From contig OZ024757.1 in the NCBI GenBank assembly GCA_964016885.1, positions 38,006,001 through 38,070,000 on the forward strand: a stretch of DNA of 64,000 bases, written 5' to 3'. Under the pieces are notes generated by a model, which saw nothing but the letters and a program-made list of their open reading frames with translations, did no database searches and was not told the origin of the DNA. Below are positions 1 through 16,317 of this stretch, one piece after another; position 1 is the first letter of the stretch; every line of letters starts with the position of its first letter. A program made the position numbers and the translations under genes. This stretch comes from Eledone cirrhosa (taxonomy: Eukaryota).

Positions 1-272
1 GGCACAAGTCCCGGCAAGGTTGTTTATGGAAGACCAGCAATCACCCATACATCTCAATCTTCCTTCTCCACGTCACCAATGTTGTCCAAAGGAAATATAA
101 TGGCCGGTACAACTTAGCACTAGTGACGTCGCAACTCATTTCTGAGTAAACTGGAGGAAGATGAAATGAAGTGACATGCTCAAATACACAATTCATCACC
201 AATTTCTAGAATCGAACTCACAATTTCACGATTGCAAGCCCAACGTTTCAACCACTAAGCCATGAATCTTCA
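1..272 (-). mobile_element. OR2-like tRNA/CORE SINE, truncated at window edge
   Basis: Reverse complement has A box (tggcttagtgg), B box (gttcgattc) and a CORE-like body. The tail (tgctggtcttccataaacaaccttgcc) is shared with 38103-38280. Confidence 0.8.
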
Positions 273-281
273 CAGCAGTGG

Positions 282-382
282 CGACTATGGGCTTTTCATG
301 AAAGTCATTGCTGTCTTGTATAAAAGTGGCGACTATACCAGCTATATAAGAGCACACAATGTTTTATGAAAAGCCCATGTCG
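282..382. repeat. Imperfect inverted repeat, ~40-bp arms
   Basis: cgactatgggcttttcatgaaa...cttgtata versus tatataag...ttttatgaaaagcccatgtcg. A third copy of the motif lies at ~497-513. Confidence 0.8.
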
Positions 383-1104
383 TTCATCGCAACAGTCGTG
401 GTAAAACGTAAAACATAGCGAACGTTAAAACCAGTCATTGGTACTGTTAGCAAATATAATAGAGCTTCTTCAAAAGCCGAAACAAAACAAGATCCGATGA
501 AAAGCCTATAGTTTCGGAATCAATACTTCTTTTGTGTCGTATGAATGTGAAATACCTTTCAACGCTTCGAGGTATTTGGTCTGACGGCAAAACGTGGCTG
601 TGTAATGACTGTAATTCAATTTATTCCATTGTTGTTGCCTCATTTGCTTATTTCCTTCTTTTCGTCCTCGACATACCCACCCCTCCCCACTCTTCCCCCT
701 CTCCCCCTCCTCACTCTTCCCCCTCTCCCCCTCCTCTCCCGTTTATTTCTTTATTTTACTACTTTATGTGTATTTCTATTACTTTTGTTTTACACACGCA
801 CAAAATCACCCACTCACACACACACAAACAGAAAGACACACGTATTCACATTCATGTACGTACTTATACATACCCACATTTCGATAGAGATAAACGTTTG
901 CGAGCCTTCTAATGATTCACCCACCACCCCGCCTTCTCACCCCGCCTCCTCTGTATTTCCATTACATTCTGTACTAATATATTGTTATAAACCCTCACAC
1001 ACATTACTTTAATATTACTCCCTCCCTTCTCTCTATCTCTCTCCCGTTATCTCACATTTAATACTCTTGCGATTATTATTATTTTAATAATAATAATAAT
1101 AATA

Positions 1105-1288
1105 ATTGTGTCCATTATTGGGACAAGGCCAGCAAATTATCCAGTACATTACTGGTACTTTATTTTATCGACCCCGAAAGGATGAAAGGCAAAGTTAACC
1201 TCGGCGGGATTTGAACTCAGAATGGCAAGGGCCGTAACTCTATGCTTCAAAGCAAGGCGTCCGACCCTCTACCGATACTGTCAATTCA
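1105..1288 (-). mobile_element. OK-like tRNA-derived SINE (Meta-like central domain)
   Basis: actggtactttattttatcgaccccgaaaggatgaaaggcaaagttaacctcggcgggatttgaactcag; recurs about 30 times in the window. Confidence 0.88.
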
Positions 1289-1317
1289 ATTAATAATAAT
1301 AGTAATAATGATAATAA

Positions 1318-1598
1318 TAATTGTTTCACTTTTGGTACAAGGCCAGCAATTACACCAGTGTATTACTGGTACATTATTTTATCGACCCCGTAAAGATGAA
1401 AAGCAAAGTTAACCTCGGCGGGATTTGAAATCAGACCATAAAGAGCAAAGAGTTACGGCCCTTTATGGTCTGAGTTCAAAACCAGCCGAGGTTAACTTTG
1501 CCTTTCATCTTTACAGGGTCGATAAAATAAAGTACCAGTAATGTACTGAATTCGATTTAATCGAATTTCATCTCCCTTTCAAATTACTGGCCTTGTCT
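1318..1598. mobile_element. Inverted pair of OK-like SINEs
   Basis: Minus copy 1318-1445 is followed directly by plus copy 1450-1598. Confidence 0.85.
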
Positions 1599-1691
1599 AT
1601 GTTTTTGAAATGTCCATTTGTACCGTCCTGTATTGTCCTGTACTGTCCTTAATGTTTACTTTATGTAAACCCCTGTGGTTAATAAAGAAAG

Positions 1692-1725
<34 letters not shown>

Positions 1726-2029
1726 TCGATATTCGACCTCGTCTCCATTTCTTTCCCATTGTATTTAATTTATTTTTTTCTTTGTCCCTTTAAACATCGC
1801 CTTCACATTTTTCATTGCATTTTTTTATTCAAGCACACACAGAACTTTATACGCATCTCATCTCTCTCTCTCTCTCTCTGTATCTATCTATCTATTCTCT
1901 CTTTCTTTCTCTCTTTATTTCTCTCTCTCTTTCTTTATTTCTTTCTTTCTCTCTTTCTTTCTTTCTTTCTCTCTTTCTTTCTTTCTTTCTTTCCCATTCC
2001 ATTATCTGTCTATCTGTCTAATATATATA

Positions 2030-2183
2030 TATATGATTATATATGTGTATTTATATGTATATATATATATGTATATATATGAATGTGTATATATATATAT
2101 ATATATGAATGTGTATATATATATATATATATATATGAATGTGTATTTATATATATATATATGTATATATATATATGAATGTG

Positions 2184-2229
<46 letters not shown>

Positions 2230-2666
2230 TGTGTATTTATATATAAATATATATTTATATACATATACATATATAAAGTAATGATGTTATAGTGAAACGA
2301 ATATGATTATGTACCAGAAGCCTAACGATAATGGGATCCGATAAAGTATCATGATATATTTTAGGTTGATTCTCATGTAAATAATGTATATATGGACTCA
2401 TTTTACCTCTTTATATAGGAGAGTACCTTTATATATAGCGAGATAAATATGCATTGGTGTAGGTCTTTCAGCAGCATTGAATTTTAAACCAAGGTATTGT
2501 TAGAGTACCTACAACAGTTAGATGCAGGAAACGCGAGAAGAGATGCATTGACTAAATCTCAAGCGAGAGTAGTAGGATAAGAGCAGCCATTATCTATCCG
2601 CCTATGTATCCATCTATCCACATATCTATCTATCTATCTATCTATCTAGTCTATCTATCTCTCCCT

Positions 2667-2747
<81 letters not shown>

Positions 2748-2808
2748 TATATATATATATGTATACATATATATATATATATATATATAGATAAATCTAC
2801 CAAAAATT

Positions 2809-2851
<43 letters not shown>

Positions 2852-2950
2852 ATTTAGATATATATATGTATATATTTATATATATATTTATATATATATG
2901 TATATATTTATATATTTATATATTTATATATATATATATTTATATATATT

Positions 2951-2999
<49 letters not shown>

Positions 3000-3008
3000 T
3001 TATATATA

Positions 3009-3048
<40 letters not shown>

Positions 3049-3076
3049 TTTATATATATATATATATATATATATG

Positions 3077-3107
<31 letters not shown>

Positions 3108-3108
3108 G

Positions 3109-3139
<31 letters not shown>

Positions 3140-3164
3140 GTTTTTATATATATATATATATATG

Positions 3165-3235
<71 letters not shown>

Positions 3236-3238
3236 ATT

Positions 3239-3269
<31 letters not shown>

Positions 3270-3300
3270 ATTTATATATATATATTTATATATATATATT

Positions 3301-3395
<95 letters not shown>

Positions 3396-3430
3396 ATTTA
3401 TATATTTATATTTATATATATTTTTATATT

Positions 3431-3494
<64 letters not shown>

Positions 3495-3522
3495 TATATG
3501 TATATATATATATATATGCACA

Positions 3523-3571
<49 letters not shown>

Positions 3572-3660
3572 GTATATATGCACATATATGTATATATATA
3601 TATTTATATATATATATTTATATTTATATATATATATATATTTATATATATAGATATATA
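2030..3660. repeat. (TA)n microsatellite arrays (2030-2275 and 2670-3660)
   Basis: Direct reading. Confidence 0.95.
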
Positions 3661-3788
3661 TACATTGTTGAGCAGTGAATTGACAGTCTTTTCAATGTCC
3701 GTTAGAATATTTTTGGTATTGGTTCCAGGTCTCTGAGTTCAAATTCTGCTTTATTCAACGTTTCCTATTCTCCTTACGATGGTTGAAA

Positions 3789-3852
<64 letters not shown>

Positions 3853-3853
<1 letters not shown>

Positions 3854-3981
3854 GTAAAAATAATAAATTTGAAGACTAAAATCCAAAGAGGGCTTGATAA
3901 GGATAACTATATATCAGAAGATCACGTCAAGGTTGAAAGCAGCGATTCTTTGCTTAAACGTTAATCTGTTATTTTAATAAA
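3853..3981 (+). mobile_element. Probable 3' end of a Penelope-like (GIY-YIG) retroelement
   Basis: Translates KIINLKTKIQRGLDKD, resembling the PLE C-terminal WIxxLxTxxPxGLN motif. A decayed HHR-like motif (cagaaga..gaaa), AATAAA and (TA)n follow. Confidence 0.45.
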
Positions 3982-4000
3982 TATATATATATATATATAT

Positions 4001-4077
4001 ATAGGTTAACACAAATCAATATATTTGATAAACACAAATATCGTGTTTATCAAATATATTGATTTGTGTTAACCTAT
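4001..4077. repeat. Perfect 35-bp-arm palindrome, 7-nt loop
   Basis: ataggttaacacaaatcaatatatttgataaacac-aaatatc-gtgtttatcaaatatattgatttgtgttaacctat. Confidence 0.97.
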
Positions 4078-4143
4078 ATTACACGGCTCAGAAATAATCT
4101 TTCTTCGAGCTATTTCATTGTAAATGATCGCCTGAGATTTGAA

Positions 4144-4188
<45 letters not shown>

Positions 4189-4299
4189 ATATATGTATAT
4201 ATATATGTATATATAAATGTATATATGTATATATATGTATATATATATATATGTCTATATATATATATATGTCTATATATGTATATGTATATATATATG

Positions 4300-4330
<31 letters not shown>

Positions 4331-4487
4331 GTAAATAATTGTATATATATGTAAATATATGTATATATATGTAAATAAACGTATATATATGTACATATCT
4401 GTATATATATATATATATATGTAAATATATAAATAAACAGATTAAATAAAGATGGCTTAGGCATACAATACAACCGGAGGAAATATA

Positions 4488-4541
4488 ATAGCACCACTGA
4501 CGATGTTGCAGACGTGCAACGAAAGAACTTTGTTAGACTAT
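4488..4541 (+). ncRNA. Degenerate or atypical hammerhead ribozyme motif
   Basis: CUGACGA-U-GUUGCA(gacg)UGCAAC-GAAA-gaac-UU; stem I is weak; lies between (TA)n tracts. Confidence 0.5.
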
Positions 4542-4727
4542 ATATATATATATGTGTTTGTGTCTATATTATATCTGTATTTTTCACCGTTGGTCAGTCA
4601 ATGGCAACATTGAGGGCAGAATAAATTAACTGATATAAAAGACACAGAAGCAAAAACCAACCAAACACTGAGTGTGTTCTGTTATTAATTCTGGCAATAT
4701 TATTACAACAATATGACCCTCCCTATA

Positions 4728-4759
<32 letters not shown>

Positions 4760-4776
4760 ATAAAGGGTCGGGAACT

Positions 4777-4930
4777 GACTGCTGAACTCTAGCCGTTTCA
4801 ACAGCTAGCTCCAGAGTTTGGACCTAGCTGTTGAAATGGTAAGAGCTCAACTGTCGTGTCTCCAATGTTTATAATATAACCATACTCTACTGCCCCAAGT
4901 ATCAAGTACTCTATTGAGTAGTAGTTTAAC
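4777..4930 (+). mobile_element. TA-associated dispersed element with fold-back 5' end
   Basis: Palindrome at 4777-4855; body is homologous to 21470-21595 and 48315-48440. Confidence 0.7.
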
Positions 4931-5424
4931 CAGAGTGAGAGCGAGAGGAAGAAAATGTCAGAAAGGGAAACGGAGAGAGAGAGAGAGAGTGAGTGAGAAA
5001 GTGAGATAGGGAGAGAGTGAGATAGAGAAAGCGAGAGCAAGAGAGGATTCTACATTGAATGTTTCAGTGAATAGGTAGTGTTATTGCAATGAAACATATC
5101 CATTTATCTCACACAACAGAGAAACAAATGTCAACAACCAATAAAGTAGTGACAATATGATCACTGTACTGGCTAGTTCTATTTAAAATAAGTTATAATA
5201 CATTACATAATGTATAGTTCGATCGTAAATCTGTTCATTGAAGGCAAGTCTGTAGCTAAACGAAAACCAACAATGGTGACATAATATGATTTCTACCTCG
5301 TATATATTTAAATAAATAGATTTCCTAATGGTTTAAAATGTAGGAACAATGCCAACATTTTCAGAAGGAGGTTCAATATTTATTATATAGAGCCCAGTAC
5401 TTGGTTTGTGCTTTATCTCATTTT

Positions 5425-5575
5425 CCTCGTCACCCATTTATTCCTTGGAAGGTTGAGGAAGGGAGCAAAGACCTCACTCATCCCAGTCGCTCGTGTCTCA
5501 CAGAAATACTAGTCTCGAATTCATCTGGCTGTATCTCCAAAAGTGGCCATCCAAGCTAATGTATATTTTCAAACC
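5425..5575 (-). mobile_element. RTE-clade LINE 3' end fragment
   Basis: Similar to 20325-20572 (cccatttattcct...ccaagct.atg). Confidence 0.55.
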
Positions 5576-6024
5576 GTTCTAATTTCACTTTATTTTATCG
5601 CCCCCGGAAAAGATAAAACGTAAGGGTCAAAAGATCTAGACCTTGGAGGGTCCGAGGACCTTCATATTTGGGGAACGCTTATACACAAAAAACAAAATAC
5701 AATAGACAGCAAATCCCCCAATTTTACATATCGAAGTTAGCTTGGAGGAAGTAATTGGAATTGCAATGGTATACATACAAGTATTAAATTGAAAAGCTTT
5801 AACAACCCTAAAACCGAAAAGCGCTGCTGGGGGCACAATTACATTACTGTGCCCGACATTAGTAGGGTCCCACACTTCAGGGGGCATGGGACAAATGCTC
5901 CCTTTGCACAATACTAAATAAAATCCTGGCACTGGTGAATCTGAGTTCACCTTTTTCAGATAAGAATAACATTACTGAAATACAGGCTGTCAGCATTAAT
6001 GAAAAAAGTGTCGGACACGTTAAT

Positions 6025-6384
6025 AATTGTTTGTTCTTTTGGCACAAGGCCAGCAATTATCCCAGTGAGGATGAAATGCAAATTATCCTTGGACGGGATT
6101 TGAACTCAGACCATAAAGGGCCGCAAATCTTTGCTGCAATACAAGGCGTCAGACCCTTTACCGTTACTGTCAATCCACCACCCTTTTGTTGGAAAATAAG
6201 TGTTTCTACTTTAGGCACAAGGCCAGCAATACCCCAGTGTATTACCGGTACATTATTTTATCGACCCCCGCAAGGAGGACAGGCAAAGTTGACTTCGGCG
6301 GGATTTGTACCTAGACCATAAAAGTCTGTAACTCTATGGTGCAAAGAATGGCGTCAGACCCTCTACTGATACTGCCAATCCACA
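6025..6384 (-). mobile_element. Two tandem OK-like SINEs
   Basis: Both contain ggcacaaggccagcaat and gggatttg motifs. Confidence 0.85.
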
Positions 6385-6647
6385 CATTAATTATGAAGAT
6401 GTATGTAGCTGTCATATTTTTCTATAGAAGATCATGGCACCAGACGAAGGAAGAAACTCATAAGACGAGTTTCTTTTATTTATTCAGGTGAATTCTGCGA
6501 CTTATTATATGAGTAGCTCTCTTGTGTTATAAGTTTCTTTAAATACCTATATATGGTAATACTATCACCAAGGTTCCCAGAAATAATGATCTCGAAATCG
6601 ATAAACATATGTATATGTATGATATTTATATATATATATATGTATGA

Positions 6648-6692
<45 letters not shown>

Positions 6693-6813
6693 TATATATG
6701 TATGTTATATATATATATATATCTTTGTGTATCTAATATGGTTCTTAGTTGGACAGATATATAATGACATACATGCATACACCCATACACGCACACATAT
6801 ACACACACACACA

Positions 6814-6894
<81 letters not shown>

Positions 6895-7061
6895 GTGGCT
6901 CTTTGTTTACGTCTGTATATAAGTTCATACATCTCTCTCCGTCCATTTCTCTCTCTCTCTCCCTCTCTCTCCGTTAGTATATATATATATATATATACAT
7001 ATACCTGTCTCTGTGTTTATGTCTATATGTATATAATATGGTAATAAGAGGACCAGACAGA

Positions 7062-7274
7062 TAATTGTTTATACTTTTGGCACAAGGCCAGCAATTATCC
7101 CAGTCAGTGTATTACTGGTACTTTATTTTATCGACCCGGTAAGGATGAAAGGCAAAGTTAACCTTGGCGGGATTTGAACTCAGTCCGTAAAGGGACGTAA
7201 CTATCCGTAAAGGGACGTAACTGTCCGTAAGGGGACGTAACTCTCTACATATACTGCCAATCCACCGCCCTTTC
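7062..7274 (-). mobile_element. OK-like SINE with 13-bp target site duplication (TSD)
   Basis: TSD aggaccagacaga at 7049-7061 and 7275-7287; internal ~20-bp triplication (tccgtaaagggacgtaact). Confidence 0.92.
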
Positions 7275-7429
7275 AGGACCAGACAGACAATGACGTGACA
7301 ACAGTAAGGTTAACTTAGTTAATTCATCCTATCTCAATATATATTTCTCATATTGTGTTCTAAACACGCCAATAATTAATGTTTACTGTCTCACACAGAA
7401 CTATACCCAGCTCTATAATACAGCGTGAA

Positions 7430-7981
7430 AACAAAAACTTACCAGCTATATTGTTGTTGAGTGAACGCCATCTTGAATTACATTGCCATCTAGCGGCTGA
7501 AGTTAATTCCGTAAATAAAAAAAGAAACTGTGTTACTTTATGCAACTCTAGTCACGAATATTGTAAGAATATTCATTTAAGGTTTTATATATTAAGTATT
7601 TGAAATCAAGCATTCGTTTTGTGGTAATCCTGTATATTTCTATAAATGTCAATCACTCCAGGGTAACTGTGGTGGTGTTGGAGACGTTAATACAGTTCGA
7701 CAAATGTATAGTTCTACAAATGTCAGTCACTCTATGATAATTGTGGTGGTGTTGGTGATGTTAATACAGTGGTGACCATAAAAACACACCAGCTATGTTG
7801 TTGTGGAGTGACCACCTTCTTGAATTACACTGTCATCTGGTGGATCAAGTCAATTCTGCAAATGAGGAAAGAAACTCTGTTAGTTTATGCAACTGTAGCC
7901 ACCAATATGGCAAAAATATTCATTTAACTTCTGATATTATAAGTCTTTCAAATCAAGAAGTATTTTTGTGAACACCCTGTA
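7430..7981. mobile_element. Two direct copies of a Tc1/mariner-like non-autonomous element end
   Basis: 7430-7635 is similar to 7780-7981; both end in ...cctgTA (reverse complement TAcagggtgttcacaaaa). Confidence 0.6.
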
Positions 7982-8182
7982 ATTTTTTCATACTTAAAGT
8001 TAGACATATTTATCGCCTTGTTTCTAGGGCATTTAAAAAAAAAACTATGGCTTCCCGTTGAGGAGTGCGTCGGCATTCTTGTTGTAACTTATGACATTAG
8101 CGGTTTCACACATTTCATTACTTTCCAAGGTTAAGTGTTACATACATACATGTATTAATATATACATACATGCACATCCGTC

Positions 8183-8318
<136 letters not shown>

Positions 8319-8619
8319 AATATAAAACACGTAAGATTCGTACAACGATAAGGGAGGCTTCTAAAAGGAGAGCATAACATTTGACTCCCAATAAAAGCGT
8401 TAATGTTCTCGTTTAATCCCATTAATAATAACAGCAGAAGCAGTGAAATACCCATTAAACCCAAATCCTATCTTCTTCCACAGTCGAATGATTCAATAGA
8501 GGATCATTTCAGGGTTTCAACGTGATAGAGAAAAACAAAATGTAGGATTTTATATCACAACAGGTGTTGTGATATAATGTCGACATTTTCAGACATAATC
8601 AGATTTTGACGTTGGCGGA

Positions 8620-9990
8620 AGTTGTGGTGGTGGTATATGGTGACTGTAGGGGTGATGGTGGTAGTGGTGGGTATATGGTGACTGTAGGGGTGATGGTGGT
8701 GGTGGGGAGGATATATGGTGACTGAAGGGCTGATGGTGATGGTGGTGGTATAGGGTGACTGTAGTGGTGGTGGCATATAGTAACTGAAATAGCGGTAGTG
8801 TTGGTGGTGGTGGTATGTGGTACACTGTCACTACAGTGTACCACATACCACCACCAACACTACCACCATTTCAGTTACTATATGGTGGTGGTATATGGTG
8901 ACTGTAGTGGTGATGGTGGTGGTGGTGGTATATGGTGACTGTAGGGGTGATGGTGTTGGTGGTGTGTGGTGACTGTAGTGGTGATGGTGGTGGTGGTGGT
9001 GGTATATGGTGACTGTAGTGGTGGTGATGGTGGGATATGGTGATTGTAGTGGTGGTGGTGGTGGGATATGGTGATTGTAGTGGTGGTGGTATATGGTGAC
9101 TGTAGTGGTGGTAGTGGTGGTGGTGGTGGTATATGGTGGCTGTAGGGGTGATGGTGGTGGCGGGATATGGTGACTGTAGTGGTGGTGGTGGTGGTGTTGG
9201 TGGGATATGGTGACTGTAGTGGTGGTGGTGGTGGTGTTGGTGGGATATGGTGACTGTAGTGGTGGTAGTGGTGGTATATAGTAACTTCAATGGTGGCGGT
9301 GCTCTTGCTACTGCTGTAACAACAAAAAACAATACCGACACGAACAACAATACCACCGATGCCAACCGCAACACAAACAACAAACATAACCACGTCAACA
9401 TAAAACGACACCAACAACAACATCAACAAAGACAATACCAACAACAACACCAACATCAACATCAACAAATGCGGCACCGACAAAAACAACAACGCCATCA
9501 CCTACAACAACAATAACACCACTATAAACACCACCAACAAAAGCAACAACACGAACAACAACAGCAACAAAGAATCACCACAACACCACTACCACCACCA
9601 CCTCCACCACCACCAACAACGACATTAACAACGAAAACACCAACAACAACGACATATCAACAACAACAACAGCAACAAAGACAACACCGACGCCTACCTC
9701 CACCAACTCACCACCCCCAACTACAGCATCACGACCACCACCACCACCACCAACACCACCACCACCACCAACAACAATAACAGCAACAAAGACAACACCA
9801 ACACCATCAACACCACCACCAACAACAACAATAACAGCAACAAAGACAACGCCGACACCACCAACACCAACACCACCAACAACAACAATAACAGCAACAC
9901 AGACAACACCACCACCACCAACAACAACAACAGCACGACGACCACCACCAACAACAACACCACCAAAGACAAAAACAACAAAGACAACAT
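8620..9990. repeat. (GGT)-rich minisatellite (atatggtgactgtagtggtggt) followed by (CAA/CAC)n
   Basis: Direct reading; contains an internal fold-back at 8774-8884. Confidence 0.9.
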
Positions 9991-10357
9991 GTCTTCTTCA
10001 TATACAGAAAGATTTGACTCCCTAAAATTGCTGTAGCTTTTCTTAAATTATGACAGGTCATTTGTTTAACCTCCACCTCATGCAATGAAAGAAGTGTGCA
10101 GCCGATAGCCATATATTTTCTATCACTGCCATTGTTACATCTAATACAGTAGAGAATTGTACAGGTCAGTAGCAGCATATTTGGCCATAATTATTAAAGA
10201 AAAGCATTCTCTGTAATAATTATAGCAATGTCAGAATATGCTGGCAAGATATGATGAAATAACAAAGCTATAGAGTTGTTTTACACATAGTTGAAAGACA
10301 TGAAGCTACAACGTATATACGTATAGCTAGGGGTTGCTATCTGTCTCTCTCGCGGAT

Positions 10358-11119
<762 letters not shown>

Positions 11120-11149
11120 AGATCAAAAGATGATCAAAAGAGTTCCATG

Positions 11150-11220
11150 TATTTTATTATGCGCATTTCAAAAACAAATATCATCATGCAATAACATTTG
11201 CGTTTTCGTCAGATAAAATA
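11150..11220 (-). ncRNA. Type I hammerhead ribozyme, intact core
   Basis: UAUUUUAU-CUGACGA-[16-bp stem II, one mismatch, GCAU loop]-GAA-AUGCGCAU-A|AUAAAAUA. Stem I is a perfect 8 bp and stem III is palindromic. Predicted cleavage between 11158 and 11157. Confidence 0.88.
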
Positions 11221-11234
11221 GGGAGACATGATAT

Positions 11235-11324
11235 GAAGGTTAAAACACACTTGTGAATAGTGCAGTTTTAAATCAACATATGTTGATTTAAAACTGCACT
11301 GTTCACAAGTGTGTTTTAACCTTC
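11235..11324. repeat. 45-bp-arm spacerless palindrome, one mismatch
   Basis: gaaggttaaaacacacttgtgaatagtgcagttttaaatcaacat|atgttgatttaaaactgcactgttcacaagtgtgttttaaccttc. Confidence 0.97.
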
Positions 11325-11918
11325 TATCTTTCGCGTATGCCTGTGAGTGCCGCTGTATATATATGGTAAACAACTAATCATTAGCTTTTTTTTTCGTTTA
11401 ATTTTCATAAGGATGTCCATATAATCCTTGATATACCTTTTCCCTAGCATTACATTTCTTCAATGTCCTGCAGCCTTTCAACGCGCTGTTTTTGATGATG
11501 ATGATTATCATCCACATGGTGGTGGTGCTGGTGCTAGTTGTGGTTATGGTGGAGTATCTCATTTCCCATTCGCAACAAGTAGAATTTGGCGAAGATTCCT
11601 TCCGTCATAGATATTCTAGTTTACAGTGAGATTAACTTTGCAGCTAATAGCCCAAACACACTGTCAAATAACATCTTCTTTTAAGGTACTTTTTGACAAG
11701 GCCACACGCGACTACATTCCCTTCAGGAAGAATACTAATGTACACTCAAGGGGAATACTAATGTACAATGATTAGCCTTATCCATAGCGCAGACCGAATT
11801 CATCATCTATATACACTAACACAGAAATGATACTCATATAGTCATATATTCAGACCAACTAAATAGCCCGTAGTTTCTTAGTTTCTCGCAGCCACTCACT
11901 CCCTACGATTTATGTATG

Positions 11919-15129
<3,211 letters not shown>

Positions 15130-15206
15130 CGATTTATTGTTAAAGTATATTTACAAAAGATGTTCAAATACAATACACATTTAAACTTTAATTATATGAA
15201 CAATAT

Positions 15207-15515
15207 GGTGACGGATTAACAGTAATTGTAAACTAATGGACAAAAGGATTTGTATTATTTATTACGATATATAGGTTCTGTGTTTTTGAGTTCAAATCTT
15301 GAGTTTCTAAGCTCAAACTCTGAGATTTCCAACTTATATCCTTTGTTAGATGAAAGTCTGAGATTTTAAGTTCACATCCCTATATCTCTAAGCTCAAATC
15401 CTGAGTACGTGAGTTTAAATCCTGTGTTTCTGAATTTAAATCCTACCCAAGTTAAGTTTGATATTCATAAATCCCAGAACGATAAAATATAATACCAGCA
15501 ATAGCTGGGAGTTTA
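15207..15515 (+). mobile_element. Diverged OK-like SINE with tandemly amplified B-box segment
   Basis: About seven ~21-bp units resembling cctgagtttctgagttcaaat, followed by gataaaatataataccagc. Confidence 0.65.
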
Positions 15516-16317
15516 AACATGGACTGGTGTCTTGTCTATGACTCTCACTCACTTAACAGCATGAGGCCGGGATAAGCAACAGTCTGGCGAACGTCCTAGC
15601 GTAAGACAGAATTTAGAATTTAGACTAGACTGGTAATATACTATAGTTGTAATATGTTGTATTTTGTTATTAACTTGCTGTTAATGTATATAGAAGTATT
15701 TTTTATGTTTTCTTACTAAGATTAATTTAAACATTTATTCGATTCTTTTGGAAATATGGAAATGTCAGACATGCCGTGGGTAATGTAGGACATTGACATA
15801 GACATTCATAATCTTCCATGATTTTTCTGACACATTGATTTCTAAATTATTATTATTAGCATTATGTTCATACTTTTTTCTTTCGGTACTTTCAATTACC
15901 GTACACTCTATCGGAATATTTAACAATTCTTTGAAGAGCTCTCCAGTAGTTTGAAACAATGTTTTCTCAAATGAAATACAATCAAATGGAATCTATTTTC
16001 GTTCATAAATCGTTAACACAGTTCTTACATAGTATCATTGCAGAGCATTTTCGTTTATGGTCTCAACATAGGAAGTATTGCATATAAAACAACAATTAGT
16101 GCATTTTCAAAAACAGCTTGTAATTTAATCTTGGTAAACGTTTAGAAGGAGAAAGCGTGATGTATGAGTACTTTTTTTTTTCTTTAGTAGATCTTATTAA
16201 TTTGCACTCAACATAATTTGAAATTTAAATATAAATACAATATATACATCGGCATTTGAAATTATATTACTGTGATAATGAAATGTTGTTTTGTGTTTCA
16301 ATATTAAACGTAGTTTA

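Noticed and set aside
2604-3736. Long YIYI ORFs (also 10281-11120, 14014-15184, 23795-25297, 50604-54069, 57490-58147)
   Set aside because: They are translations of (TA)n repeats that are stop-free in several frames and show no coding signal.
8555-9990. Extensin-like PPPLQSPY ORFs
   Set aside because: A minisatellite of variable unit length that is open in multiple frames.
9990-10178. Possible RLE-type LINE C-terminus or exon (NLRKATAILGSQIFLY)
   Set aside because: The resemblance is too weak without a profile search.
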